Origin: Zygnema circumcarinatum SAG 698-1b
Lineage: Eukaryota; Plantae; Zygnematophyceae
Direction: 5' to 3'
Length of the DNA stretch: 64,000 nt
Assembly (NCBI GenBank): GCA_037447605.1
Contig: CM074819.1
Coordinates: 806,001 to 870,000 of the forward strand
The notes beneath the pieces are model-generated. The model was not told where the DNA came from and searched no databases. It saw only the letters and a program-made list of their open reading frames with translations. The position numbers and the translations under genes are program-made. Below, piece by piece: positions 11,596 through 26,392 of the stretch (positions are counted from its first letter, which is position 1; each line of letters opens with the position of its first letter).

Positions 11596-13627
11596 CTTCG
11601 GGAGTTAGGGTTCGAGTGGTAGTTTCTAGGGTTCAGGGTTCAATGCCCAGGGTTCAGGGTACAGGATTCAGCTTTCAGGGTTCAGGTTACAGGGTACAGG
11701 GTTGGAGCAGGGACGAGAGAGAGAGAGAGAGAGCGAGAGAGCGAGAGAGGGAGAGGGAGAGGCAGTGGGAGGATGTTTAGGGTTTATATGCAGTTAGGGT
11801 TTTGGCAGTTCTAAGTCCGTTTCTGCATGGATCGCGGCCAACAACCACCCACGGCCTGCCACGTGGCGGCCGACGGGACGTGCTGAGCCATGCCCGCTAG
11901 GGCCGCTATGCCCCTCTCCACATTGCTGACGTCATATCCTCCGCACATGTACGGTTTTGGCCCTACTTCCTGGAAATGTGACCAATGGTCTATCGACACG
12001 TGTATAAAAGGACAAGTAAATGTACGGACGTCCATATCGTGGGCTTATTTTTTGGGCTTGCCCGGGATTTTCGCATGGAACTTTTCTGGCAAGCAAGGGG
12101 CGGGTGCCACGTGGCGTGGCGAGGGGCTTCGTGAAAGTGACGTCAATCGGATTGGGATTAGGACCGGGATTCTCTCCCTAGACGACAAACATCAGATACG
12201 CCTTTCTTGTCGGTTTAGACCCCTCTGACAATCGTAGATTCGTTTCAAATCCGAACTTGGACGGTATGTTGGCGTGTAGTGTGGAGTTGCATATCGCGGC
12301 GGATCGGAAGCGTACGCAGGGGTGGTTAAAGACAGGGTTTGTTTTTGTCGGTATTGGAGGTTGAAGGACTGCCGCGTGGAAAGAAGATTCTGGATTCTGT
12401 ACGGACGAATAATGTCGTTTTTGGCAACGAATTTTGTCGGTTGTTGTACGGAATAGGCGGTCGTTGTCAACGAAATGTCTCCGAAAGTCGCCGCTCAACG
12501 GTCTGGTGGGCGTCACAAGACTCGCAACGGGAAAAAAATATCTTCTGACAGGGCCGAAATGTTTTTTCATAATAAAAACGTTGACCAACATTGAATGAAA
12601 AGTTGCCACATGTTACATATTGCTTTCGTGGGTACTTTCCATTGGTTGAGGTGTTTTTTAATTTCAGTGGTGGGAAATTTCGAGGCTGCAAAAATTTTCC
12701 AACAAGTTTCCCAGCGGCGGCAGGAACAAGACGACTCTCCCGCGTCGTACGGCGGTTTGAAATTTTTCGTTCGAGTCGGTCGGCCGGCGGGCAGGGGCGG
12801 GACGAAAACCGGTTGGAAAGTTGTTTTGAATTAGATGCTGACACGGCGCGTCGGGATTGGTTGTTGGAAGATCAGCAAATAACTTAATTGAATTACCATT
12901 TACACAGCTTTTGGCTACATACACACCTTAAGAAAAAAAAAAAAAAAAACCCTGCTTTTTCCATTTTAAGCTTATCTAGACAAACAAGGGGATGATGTTT
13001 GATTGAACTCACGATGGCAAGGCCATCAAATGTACATGGATAAAATCGACATAGGGAACCAAGAGAAGCGGTCACAATGGACATAAGGACAAAGAGAAAG
13101 CCTCGAAACGGAAACCAACTTCCAATAAAAAGTTGCAAGGATTGCTGGGGGAGGGCTTTCGGGGCCGTGCGCGTATCTCAAAGGAGCGGTGGGCGCACTG
13201 GCCAAGGAAGACATCCAACCGAGCATCAAGGCAGCCAAAAATTTCGACCGCCAACGGAACAAACTCATCAGCCGAGTCACGGTGAGCATACGCGCGCAAA
13301 CAAGGTGTGAAAATAGCATTTTCCTAAATTAGAATTTAAAAGTTTGAATTTGAGGGCTCAATCCATGCAGCTCGAAGGTTACTATTGAACAAAACCCCGT
13401 ACATATCCGTACGGATAACGTTGTGGGAGCCAGCCAATCAGGAGCCACCGACAACTGGAGAAGTTTCCTGGCAGAAGAGGATCTAGTGGTTTTTGACCAA
13501 TTGGCCGGTATATCGGCAGGCAACGATATATTGCAAAATCGCCGGCGCATCGGATGTGCAGCCAGAACTTGCCGGCGTAGCCGATGGCGCCGTTACTGCC
13601 GGCAGGCCGGCGGCCGTCCGCCTCCTA

Positions 13628-14156
13628 CAGTAGGGGGTCCTCATATTTTCCACCCTGGTTCCGGGCAAAATGAGGCGAAAATATTAAATTTGCATATATA
13701 AGGTTCGTGTTACGAATAGACGGGCGGTATTATGTTAGAGTTCATGTTTAACCGTACGTATCGTACCCTACCGTATCGTATCGTACTGTATCATTTAACA
13801 TCGTATCGTATCGTGACATATCGTGACGCTTATACTGTCGTACATACTGTCGTCATCCAGCCATCGGGGAGTTTCGTATCGTATTGACCGTATCGTATCG
13901 TATCTTATCGTATCGAAGTCAAGAAGACGGGGAGAAGAGCGAGCGCCTCTTACGGCGGCACGAGCGGGGAGATTAGGTGCGATTTGCGTAAGCCCGTAAC
14001 GGCTAGTACAGATAGTACGAACAGTACGAACAGTACGAGCAGTACGAGCAGTACGGCTAACACAAGTTACCGTACAAAAAAGTGGTTTCGGCAAAATTGG
14101 GGCGAAAATATTGAGGACGCACTCCTTGGGGTGGTAAATACGAGGACCCCCCACTG
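13628..14156. mobile_element. MITE (529 bp) with ~28-bp TIRs and TA target duplication, Tc1/mariner-pogo-like CAGT termini
   Basis: Left TA|CAGTAGGGGGTCCTCATATTTTCCACCC; right end reverse complement TA|CAGTGGGGGGTCCTCGTATTTACCACCC. Interior has TATCG and AGTACG(A/G) repeats; no ORF. Confidence 0.85.
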
Positions 14157-14750
14157 TATTGGAGTGTGTGTACGAAAATGTACGGTACCGACGACCGGCA
14201 ACTTCTTCTGTCCGCTGAAACTTCTGAGGGTGAGGGTTTAGGGTTTAGGGTTTTAGGGTCCTGTTCGAGCTAAAAGGTTTTTAGGGTATTTAGGGTTTTC
14301 AGTTGAAAGCAGTTTTATACGCGGACGAGTCCAAATTGAAAGTTGAAACTTGGTTTGGAAAAACTGGGGCTATTACTAAACCACAAAACCAATTGCTTTT
14401 TTTACTTTCCTTTTTTGAAAAGTGCAAAAACGGAGCCGTACTGCATTGTTGTTGGGGGAATTAGGGTTTGACAATGGAACAAAACTGCTTCTAGAAAAGA
14501 GCCATTGTGCTCCTCCATGTGACAGAATCCTGAACCCTACACCTCAAAACCTCTGAGAAAAAGGAGAAGAAGGAGAAGAAGAAGCATTAATATAATGCAT
14601 TAATATATTGTTTTGAGATTCACATGCCATCAGTGAATCCTTCAAACCCTAAAAGTCCGCATAGAAACCCAAATGCAAACGAAAACCGTAAAAACCTGAA
14701 ACTCTTCAACCTCTGAAACCTCGAGGAGTGATTCTGTGCCAGCCATCACA

Positions 14751-16927
<2,177 letters not shown>

Positions 16928-17375
16928 TGTAAAGGAGAAAGGAGAAAAGACTTAAATCACTATTCTGCCTACCAGACAGTAGTTAATGCAATGTGCAGGT
17001 CCAGAGACTGAAAAATCACTGCTCTGTGCAGCAGACCACCGCGAAACCTAAATATTAGAGTTTCCAGGATACATCTTAGGTTTCATCCTTTGCAGCAGGT
17101 GGCTCTCCTTTACAGAATGGTATTTGTAGATTCAAAACGTTTAGGGTTCGCAAAAACCACCGACAATCTATCAAAGCAGGAAGTTAGGGCTAAGGGCCAC
17201 TCCGCCTTCAGACAGTTGTACTATCGGAGCCTTGGTGGTGAGCCTGGTGACTCCAAGGCTTCTTTAATGGCTGCATTTTTTGCGCCATTAGAAATGTAGA
17301 GCTAGGCCTCGTAGAAACAAAATCCGGTTGATGGTTGTGTCTTGTTAGGTTTTTGTTTTGCCTTTGGTGGCAGCC

Positions 17376-19447
17376 ATGGATGCTCGGAGACGGAGAGAAA
17401 GCGAGGAAGAAGGCAGTGACGGTGGTAAAGAGAAAGAAGAGCTAGTCGATATTCGTTTTGGAGCTAAGACAAGGAGGCTACCGACTCCTGTAGAGGCTGT
17501 AAAATTGCATCAAGGAGCTGATGCGTACAAAGAGTCTGCTGGTATGATGGATAATGTCCCCTCAGTATGATTCTGCTTGCAATTGTTCGGGCCGTGTGAT
17601 TCTGCTTGCAAGGTTTCTCCTTACAGGTCCTTACAGGACTTCCTTGATGGGAATAAGTTCACTTTGAATTATGCATCATGCATGGTGTGGTGTCGATGCG
17701 TAAAGGAAGAACGATGAGACTTCTTCTCATTTGTCGTTGGGAGATGTCTAAACCAGGAAAGGCATGCCAGGCGAACATTTCCATTGTTGTAGGCAAAACT
17801 TTGTTCGATTTCTGAAGGACGCAATAGTGCTTTAAAAGCTTCTGAATGGACCCTAAGTGTTGAGGAGATTGACAGCACCTAGACGTTCCAAATATGCTCC
17901 TTCGATTCCACCAAACAGGAGCCTTTAGTTTCTGTTAGACATCCATAATCAAAGAAATGAAAGTCAAATACTAATGCTTTTTAATCGGTAAATGGGAATC
18001 TGGAGTGATAGCTTCTGATATTTGCTATTTGTGGAGATTTGGCAGAAGCTTGGCAGTCCCTTCATGGCACATCACACGATGCTTCGTGGGATCCTGATGA
18101 TTGTGAGACTGCAGAAGCCCTCCGCGCCTGCCTGGATCGAACTTCTATGTCAGTAAAGCGAGAACAGACTCATTAAATAAATAGTAGGACTTTCTTTTGA
18201 TACTTTTCAACAACGCTTAAAAGATTAGGTTTGCCTTCAGCGAGCAGCTGCATGCGATATGTTGGCTTTTGTTCAGCTGGAAACTTTCAAAACTCGAGGG
18301 GCACTTTCATGGATTTTTTGGATGCTTCTACCTGCCAGCGATATGTCTGCTGAATCTTCACCCTTAGCCTAAAGGGATATACAATCCTCGCCGTTCGTTT
18401 TCTTGTGCAATTTGTCACAACCAGTACTCATTACTTTTCATTCTAAACCTAAAACTGCCCAAGGCAATGTGACGATGAGGAAATGCAGCACTTCTTGATC
18501 CTTGTTTCCCTTGTCTTTGTACGCAGGTCTGCTGAATCGGCCAGTTGTGGCTGTAATTGTGAGAGTGTAAAGAGCTTTCAAAGCGGCCCTTCCTTGGGTG
18601 AAAGAAAAACTTGTAACTGTGCTTGTCATCTGAGCACAGACTCCGTTCTGGCAGCTGCTGATTGGCTTATCAGTCGGCATGTAGAGGGAGGGCAATCAAA
18701 CAGTCCCTTGGTTTCTATGCTCAAGGCAGTTGTGAATGATCCTCCGGTAAGCGCACACTAGAAATCATCTCCTTCTTTCTCTCCTTCCAATTCTTTCAGA
18801 AAGAACAAGCTGCTCAGTCGTCACTGTTGCTCTCCCGCTCTCCTTTCCCCTGCCCTTCCCCCTCCTTCTCTCTCACTCCCATTCCATCGCATTCTCCAAG
18901 ACGATCCCTTGCTCCGATCCATCTCTTGATTCCCTCTCTCGTGCTCCTCTCTCGCTCTCTCTCCCTCTCTCATCCCTCTCTCATCCCTCTCTCTCCCTTC
19001 ACTCTAAACACCATTGTTTCCATTGTTCAGGTTCAGCGGGCTTTATTAGCTAATCCGGATGTTCGCCGAGCTTTAGGAGAGGTGGAGATCAGAGGCAGAG
19101 GGGCAGAGGGTGGAGACAGGCCTCTTTCTCTGACTTCTGAAACCACGAGCAGTGACTCCTCTCCCAACACTCAAAGGAATGCAGAGGCGACCTCCTCTCT
19201 GTTTGAAACGATAGTGCTGCGTGCCAAGCTGCTTCTCGAGGGAGTATTCAGATCCGCTCAAAGGATTATGGATGCAGTTTTGAGGAGCCATGGGTTAGAC
19301 TCCTCTCATGGAGGGCATGAAGGGGGACAAAAGATGGAGAGTGGGAGCAGCCATGCTGATGATGATGGTGCCATGGGACTGCCATCACTGATTCTTGCTA
19401 TAGGGAGCACGCTGTTGCTGGCTAGATTGGATGTAGTGACGGAGTGA
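17376..19447 (+). CDS. Uncharacterised plant-type protein, weakly resembling the UCP012943 (At5g54540/At4g25170-like) family; exon structure incomplete
   Basis: Segments 17376-17541 (IRFGAKTRRLPTPVEA), about 18527-18746 (SPLVSMLKAVVNDPP) and 19031-19447 (VQRALLANPDVRRALG; hydrophobic C-terminus). Phases between the first two segments do not join, so at least one exon was not resolved. Confidence 0.4.
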
Positions 19448-20381
19448 ACAGAAATCCCAGTTCTAGTTTTTAGGGTTATCCAGAGGATGGGTATTTTGGG
19501 ATGTAATTTTAGGGTTTGGTGCTGCGTTCAATTTTTGAAACCTATGAAGAGCTTGGTTTGGATCAGTCTCTGCCTCCTTGCGGGAGGCTTTGTTTCATGC
19601 CGCGTTGTTTTGAATATGTGTCTCAATCCGATGCCCTCAACAATTGTTCTCTCTCCCTCTCCCTCTCCCTCTCCCTCTCCCTCTCCCTCTCCCTCTAAGT
19701 CACGCAGACGAATAAGCCACTGCTTTGTCAAACGAATCAAAGATTTTTTATCACGTCAGTCATGTGAATAATCATGTGTAAATCGATGTTCTTGAAGCAA
19801 AATGTTTTCCTGGCGTGATTTTGCACCGGCTTGAGACCGTCAGTAATTTCTAGCAAAGCAGGGTCCTCAATTACCGCGTAAGCGTAACGAAAAAAGTTAG
19901 CCAAAACTAATTGAGTTATTTCTTCTCCTTGATCATTTTGGTCAATATCCAGGTCAATATTTTTTCTTTCACTGCTTCCTAGGCGTTGACGGCGAGCAAA
20001 ACTTTTTTGTCCCATCAATTCCTGCAATAACCTTTCCGCTTCCTGTAGGCAAGAAAATTTTAAACAAAAAAGACGACGTGTGGACTCTTTCATCGTACTT
20101 TCGTAACGTTCGGCTGTTCGGCCCTCTCCCTCTCCCTCTATGTTGGATGCGGATAATGGAACTCGTTTCATGCATGTGCAACGGGATACAAACAATAAGG
20201 GCCTTGCGAGCATGGCCGTTTTGAGAAATATGTTAGGCAATTAGAGTGGCATTCTTCAAGCTGAAGCTTTTACAAAGACCCGCGAGAGACGAGGGATGGG
20301 TGAATGGTCCAGAATATGGAGAACAAAAATTCAATGACTTGTATTTATTTATATAAATTACATTTCTACTGTCTTTCATCC

Positions 20382-20453
20382 GCCTCTATAGCACAGTGGT
20401 AGTGCGTTCCCTTCGTAAGGGAAAGGTCCGGAGTTCAATCCTCCGTGGAGGCA
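20382..20453 (+). tRNA. tRNA-Thr (anticodon CGT), intronless
   Basis: Complete cloverleaf: GCCTCTA/TGGAGGC acceptor, GCAC/GTGC D-stem, TTCCC-TTCGTAA-GGGAA anticodon arm, CGGAG-TTCAATC-CTCCG T-arm, discriminator A; T-runs follow at 20457-20467. Confidence 0.96.
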
Positions 20454-20651
20454 GCATTTTCCTTTTTCTTTTCTCTCCCACTTCCAGCTTCTGCTACACT
20501 CTGGTTGAGTGCCCTTCCCTTCCTCCCCTTTTTTCCTTCTCCCCTTTTCACAAACAGAGCGCTGCTGCCACCTCCGGAGCCGTCCGCCATACATCTCTCC
20601 GCTGCTTCACCCCTCCCTCCTAGCTTCCTTTTGCCGCGCTCTCTCGCAGAG

Positions 20652-23600
20652 ATGTCAGGCCGGCAAGCGAAGCGCTTGCTGAAGGAGTTGGAGAAAAGGA
20701 GGGAGTCGGCCGCACAGGGGGAGGGAAAGGAGGAGGAGGAGGAGGAGGAGGGAGGAGAGGAGGAAGGAGAGCAGGCGGGGGGAGGAGCAGCAGGAAAATT
20801 GAACCTCTTTGACCTATTGTTGCCGGAGGAGGTGAATTCGTTCATCCTGCTCCTGGTTTTAGGGTTGCAATTTTCTCTCGTTTCCCTTAGTCCCCTCTCT
20901 CTTATTCTTCCTCTCACTCATTCATGGTATTTTCTCTTCACTCCACCCACCCTCCCCTTCACCCCCTTCTTCTCTCTCACTCCCAGCCACCCCCTTGTTC
21001 TCCCGTTTTGAAATGCTAGGGTTGTAATCCTCTGTCTTCCCCCATTCTTTCGCTCTCTCTCTCTCGCTCTCGCTCCCTTTCTTTCTCTCTGCCACTCCCA
21101 CTCTTATTTTCTCGCCTTTTCCCGACCACCCCAACCTCTCTGACTCTAAGCTGTTTTGAGATTTTAAGGTTGTAATCCTCTGTCTCTCCCCCCCTCCTCT
21201 CTCTCTCTCCCCCTCTCTCTCTCCCTCCCTCCCTCCCAGCCCCCTTCCTCTCCCACGGCTGCTTCCTGCTTCAGTTTTTAGGGTTGCAACGCTCTCTCTT
21301 TCTGTTCGACTTTCTATTTCTCTCTCCTCCTCTCTCTGTCTCTCTCTCCCTCACCCTCTGTCTCTCTCTCTGCCTCTCACTCCCTCCCTCAAGCTAACTG
21401 CGGCTTAAGCCCCCTTCCAGGATGATGAAATCGACGATACCGAGACGGCCTCTCAGGAAGTTAGAGATTCAGAAACTGCAGCACAAAAGCAAACAGCTTC
21501 GGCCACTTCAGGAAGAACAAAGAAAGGCAAAGGAAAAAGTAAAGGGAAAAGTAAAGGAAAATCTGAAGCTTTGGGAGAGAAGAGGAATGCTCCAGCAACA
21601 GCGACTTCCGCTGCATCCGACGACATCCACTCGCTCGATCGAATTTTAAAAGAGTTGGCGATAAATGACAAAGCCCACGAAGAAACTAATGAAGAAAATG
21701 AAGCGAATAACGAAAACGATTCGGTAGATGAAAGAAATTCAACTGAATCTGGCCGAGCTGCTGTTCTTGGAGTAGATGTGCGGTATCTTCGGGCAGACGA
21801 CGAATTGAGGCGAATTTTTGGGTCTAAAGTGATCGACTCGGCTGGGAGGAGAGAGGAGATGGAGGGAGGAGGAGCGGGAGGGAGGAGGAGGATGGGAGGA
21901 GTAGGAATAGGAGGGAGGAGAGTGGGAGGTTTAAGAGGAGGGGCAATTTTGAAAAAGCATTTGCTTGTTCAACCAATGGATCACTGGCCGAGATGGGATG
22001 GAGGATTGTCTATGGAGTGCTCAGGAACTAAATTAGGGTTTCAGTACTTCAAGTATGTGCAGTCATATGATTATCTCATAGTTCAAAAACTGTATGAGCA
22101 GTGTGTGGCTACGCATGATCCGGGAACTATAGGACAGCTTTTGGGGAATCACCCGTTCCATGTGGATTCTCTGTTGGCGTTAGCGGACGTGTACCGTTCT
22201 ATGGGCGAATATCAAACTGCGGCGGATTTGCTAGAACGGTGTCTCTATGCGTTGGAGTGTGCGTGGCACCCGTGGTTCAATCCGAGACTGGGGACTTGCA
22301 GGTGAGGGAGAATACAGGGTTCAGGTTTTTGGCTTTTGGGCTCTTTTGATTTTGGGTATTTTGAGGTTTTACTTCTTTAGTTCTTCTTGGTTTTGGGTTT
22401 TTAGCTTACCCTAAAATCTTGAAGACCCAAAAGACCCTATTTTATCAACCTCAATTCAACACCCTTTCAACTTGGTGCAGATTGGAATATAAAATTGAAG
22501 AAAACCGGCCCTTATTTCATGCTTTGTTCCGCCACATGCAACATCTCGGTCGAAGGGGATGCCACCGAACTGCCCTTCAAATATGCAAATTTCTTCTTTC
22601 TCTCGATGCCGAGGACCCTTTGGGAGTTCGATTCTGCATTGATTATTATGCCATCCGGGCAGAGCAATATGAGTGGTTGGAAAGTTTTGTATCTCAATAT
22701 AGTCCGGATGGATCGTTGAATCTCTTTCCCAACTTTTCTTTCTCACTTGCCCTCGCAAGATTCAGTTCGGAAACGAAGGGGAAGGAGATGAGGGAGGAGG
22801 GAGGGGGTTCAGGAAAGGGGAGAGAGGAGAGGAAGGAGGAGGAGGAGGAGAAGGGAAGGGGAGGAGGGAGGGCTTCTTCAGAAGTTTTGTCAGAAGAGCT
22901 TTTGCAGCAAGCACTCTTACTTCATCCTCTCATGTTGAAGAAACTTGTTGATAAAGCCCCTATTAAAGTGGATGCCAAATGGGCGAAAGTTTTGAAACAT
23001 AAACTTTTTGCTTTTCCTAAGGCAGGGGGACCCTCGTTAGAGCATTTAATCGAGCTTTATATTCAAAGGAGTTCGGTTTTGTGGAGAGCTTTGGATGTTC
23101 AAAATTGGCTAAGGGATACTGCAGAGGGAGTGGTGACTATAGCGGAGCAGAAAGGAGGAGATAGAGGAGAGAGTGCGAGCTGGGCGGCTGTGAGAGAGGA
23201 AGCTTTTCCTTCGGATGTGAACGAGTAAGTATTGCAGGGGGCATATAGTGGGTGGTAAGAGGGAGAGGAGGTGGGAGGAGGCAGCAAAAGGGTGAAAGGA
23301 GAGGCAGAGAGACAGGAGAGGAATGGGAAAGGAGGCTCTCTATCTTTTCCTCTCTCTCTCTCTCTTTCTCTCTCTCTCTGTCGATACCCAAAATCCTTCA
23401 ATCGTATCCTCGTCTAAACCACTTCAAACCCTTGAAACCCCAACTTCTCCCTGCCCCAAAATTTCCTCAAAAAGTGATCATTTTCTTGATTTCTATCTCT
23501 CATTCTCTCCCTATTTGCCCGCCTTTTTGCTCACTCCCCCCCCCCCCCCCCCCCNNNNNNNNNNCCCCCCCCCCCCCCCCCCCTCCTCCCCCCCATTTTC

Positions 23601-23994
23601 TGTTAACTATAGGTATCGTCACCTTTTCCTTTCCGATTTCTCCGACTCTGTGGCGACTCTTCCTCCCGAGGAACTCGCCGCTATGAGAGAGGCAGCAGGA
23701 GGAGGAGGAGGAGGAGGAGGAGGAGGAGGGAGGGGAGAGATGGTGGGAGGGCCTCCCCCTCAAGCTGCAGCCATGGCGGCTCCGCCCCCTCAAGCTTTGG
23801 ACCCTGCAGGGCAGAACGCTCTCATGGTGTTTGTGAGAGCCCTCCTTCCTTGGAATGATTTTGGAGTTCACGGTGAGAATAGAGAGTTGGTAGTGGAAGG
23901 AAATGTCGATCGTGACTTGAATGGAGAGAGGGAGAGGGGGAATGAGATACCTGGGGGGGAGGGAGAGGAAGGTGTGGGAGAGGGAGCGAGGTAG
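20652..23994 (+). CDS. TCF25: TCF25/NULP1 (Rqc1 homologue, ribosome quality control), 4 exons
   Basis: Exons 20652-20831, 21421-22301, 22481-23224, 23613-23994. Motifs HPFHVDSLLAL, LERCLYALECAWHP, ENRPLFHALFRHMQHLGRRGCHRTALQICKFLLSLDAEDP, DYYAIRAEQY, EYRHLFLSDFSD, FVRALLPWNDFG. Confidence 0.92.
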
Positions 23995-24442
23995 GGGAGG
24001 TGGCAGGCTGGAAAGAAGGAAGGTGGGAGAGGAGCATGGGCAAGCAGAAAGAGAGGATTCGCAACTCTGTAGAACGGGTATAGGTTTAGTCGACCGATTT
24101 TTTGAAGGATGGAAAAAAAAATAATAATAAATTAGCAACTGCTCCTGTCAGAAAACTCAGTTTGCTTTCGTGTGGGGAGTCAGCTTTCTGACCTTACCTA
24201 TCGCTCTCTCTCTCTCTCTCTCGTCCCTCACAAAAGCCTCCCTATAGTAAAAAAGAAAGGCTAAGAAATTTTCCCACTCCCGCCCTCGTCCTGCGCACTC
24301 ACAGCACCTCCGCCAACCGAACCCTCCCTCCTCTCCCCCGTCCCCCTCGCTTCACCCTCTCCCTCCCTCCCGCCTCTCCTCTCCCCCCTCCCCTCCCTCT
24401 CATCTGTACTGGTGGGTTTCGAAACGGTATTCGCCGATTCTT

Positions 24443-25578
24443 CCTCTTGACCGGAGGTGTGGCATAGAGTTATAGGCATATCTCTAGAAACAAACCTTTC
24501 CCAGATGTAGCTTCATTTTTGTGTTGAAAAAGACGTCGTCTGTTGCATACGCCGTCTAAAGAGTAGACATACATATTCATTTGATCTGCCAATGTTCGAT
24601 GTTCCTCGGCGTGATCTGTGACGTGTTCCGTTGCGTGATTTCCATGCGCTTCTGTTTGTGTTTGTGTTTGCGTATTGCCTGCCATTATCGGCAACTGTCG
24701 TTACACGAGGAGCTTAAAAGACGAAGGCATGGTCGGCTGCTCTGCCTCGCTCGGTCCTGTCAATTTCTTTTCTGACCAGAAATGGAAAGAAATTGCGAGG
24801 CGGTGTTCAGCGAAGATGTGCAGTTCTGCAAGGCCCTCGAAAACCAGTAACGGCGTCTACTGCGTCTGGAGATGGTACATTCCAACCAAAACAAAGACGG
24901 AACTAGGGACTTTGATGTTGTGACTTTAGGACGAGGAGAGACATGGAGTCTTCAATCAACGATTAAAAAGTGGCATGCAAAGCCGCGTTCACCCTTAAGC
25001 CAGGCCTGCAGACACGGGTCGTCATGCCGAATTGTGAAATTGTCGAATACATGAAATTGTTTCGGAATCTCTGTCTTAACGAGCACAAGGAAACTAAAGG
25101 AGCTTTTTCAAAGCTGCATTTGTAGCTATCCTGTCACATGACTGCGTTGAAGTCCAAGTCCTTCCTCCACTGTGAGGGAGAACTATTTCTAACGTGTGCA
25201 GAAACCTTCCTTTAGAACTCTCGTAGGAGAATAGGGCACTCACTCACTATGGCACAACGACCGCGACATGTCCAGACACGGTCTGAGTGAGATGAAAATC
25301 AGCTCTACTGTACAGCTTTGAGGTGTGACCTCCTTTCGGTGCACACGCCATGCACAACGATGCCTTCACGCCCACAAGCCCACTTCAACTTCATGCTCCA
25401 TATAATATGGCGACGGGAAATCTAACCTAAAATTGTTGAGGAACAAGTGGAAAATGATGCCTCACATGCAGCGCCTTAAGCTGCCCGCCTTGACTGAAGA
25501 GGGGAAGGAGGAGGAGGAGAAGAGGCGCGGCCGCTTCGCTTGGGCCATTGAGCCCCGCAGCTGGACGCTTAATAAGGG
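24443..25578 (-). repeat. Left arm of ~1.15-kb inverted duplication (inverted copy of the expansin 3' end and downstream flank)
   Basis: Reverse complement aligns by eye along its whole length with 27914-29082, e.g. GACCGGAGGTGTGGCATAGAGTTATAGGCATA at the outer ends and GGGCCATTGAGCCCCGCAGCTGGACGCT at the inner ends, with scattered substitutions and indels. Confidence 0.9.
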
Positions 25579-26392
25579 GGGTCAGACTAAGCGCGGGAGC
25601 GTACGAAATTTCCGAATTCAGTATACAGCACGAAAAGTCACTTTTGTCGTTTACGAATTTCGGCGAACCCAGCCGTACTGAAATGCGTACATAGCCAATG
25701 CGAAATACGCCCGGCAGGCGTACGAAATTGATTTGGCCATGTGTTAAGTCTGCCTCCCCCCCCCAAGGGGAAAGAACACTTCACCTTTTCAGTATAAGTA
25801 CCCCACTCGGGCAGCGTTTGCCCGGAAGTACACCCTCACCGATACTAATTCCGAAATCTAAAACTCTGAAAGTCGCTTGTACGGACTTTTCGCTATTCCC
25901 TAACGACAAATCGCAGCAATCGGATGATTAATAACCGCAGTCAACCTCATACGGTCAAAAAACATGACGTCATCAGTACATAGCGCCCTACTTGGACCAG
26001 TTAACGATTTCGGCGGTCAATGATTGCTGCGTTTTGTCGTTTGTTTGCACGGAACTGTACGAATTTCGTCCGTCACGATATATTCATATTGGTGTATCGG
26101 CGGGCGGCGGCGGATCTGCGGCCGCCGCCGACCGCCGCACCGCGCGCCGCGGCCCGCCACGTGGCGGTGGAGCCCCGTTAAAGGGGAGGGAGGGAGCGGA
26201 GACGGCACCACAGCACCGCAAGCAGAGAGAGAGAGAGAGAGAGAGATTGGAGGAGAGAGAGAGAGATTGGGAGAGAGAGAGAGAGAGAGATACTGGAAGA
26301 GGGGAGATAGGAGGCGGGAGTGAGAGGGAGAAGAAGAGCTCAGACTGAGCGGGAAGCAGCGCAGTGAGAGAGAGAGAGAGAGTTCTGAAGCC

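Noticed and set aside
8625-11622. Many overlapping Gly/Glu/Arg- and Pro/Ser/Leu-rich ORFs
   Set aside because: Produced by stop-free GA/CT low-complexity intron sequence; only the GC3-rich Cys segments look coding.
11800-13330. GC-rich block with G-boxes, TGGGC motifs and scattered ORFs
   Set aside because: Plausibly promoter or repeat DNA, but no TIR, TSD or protein motif could be established by eye.
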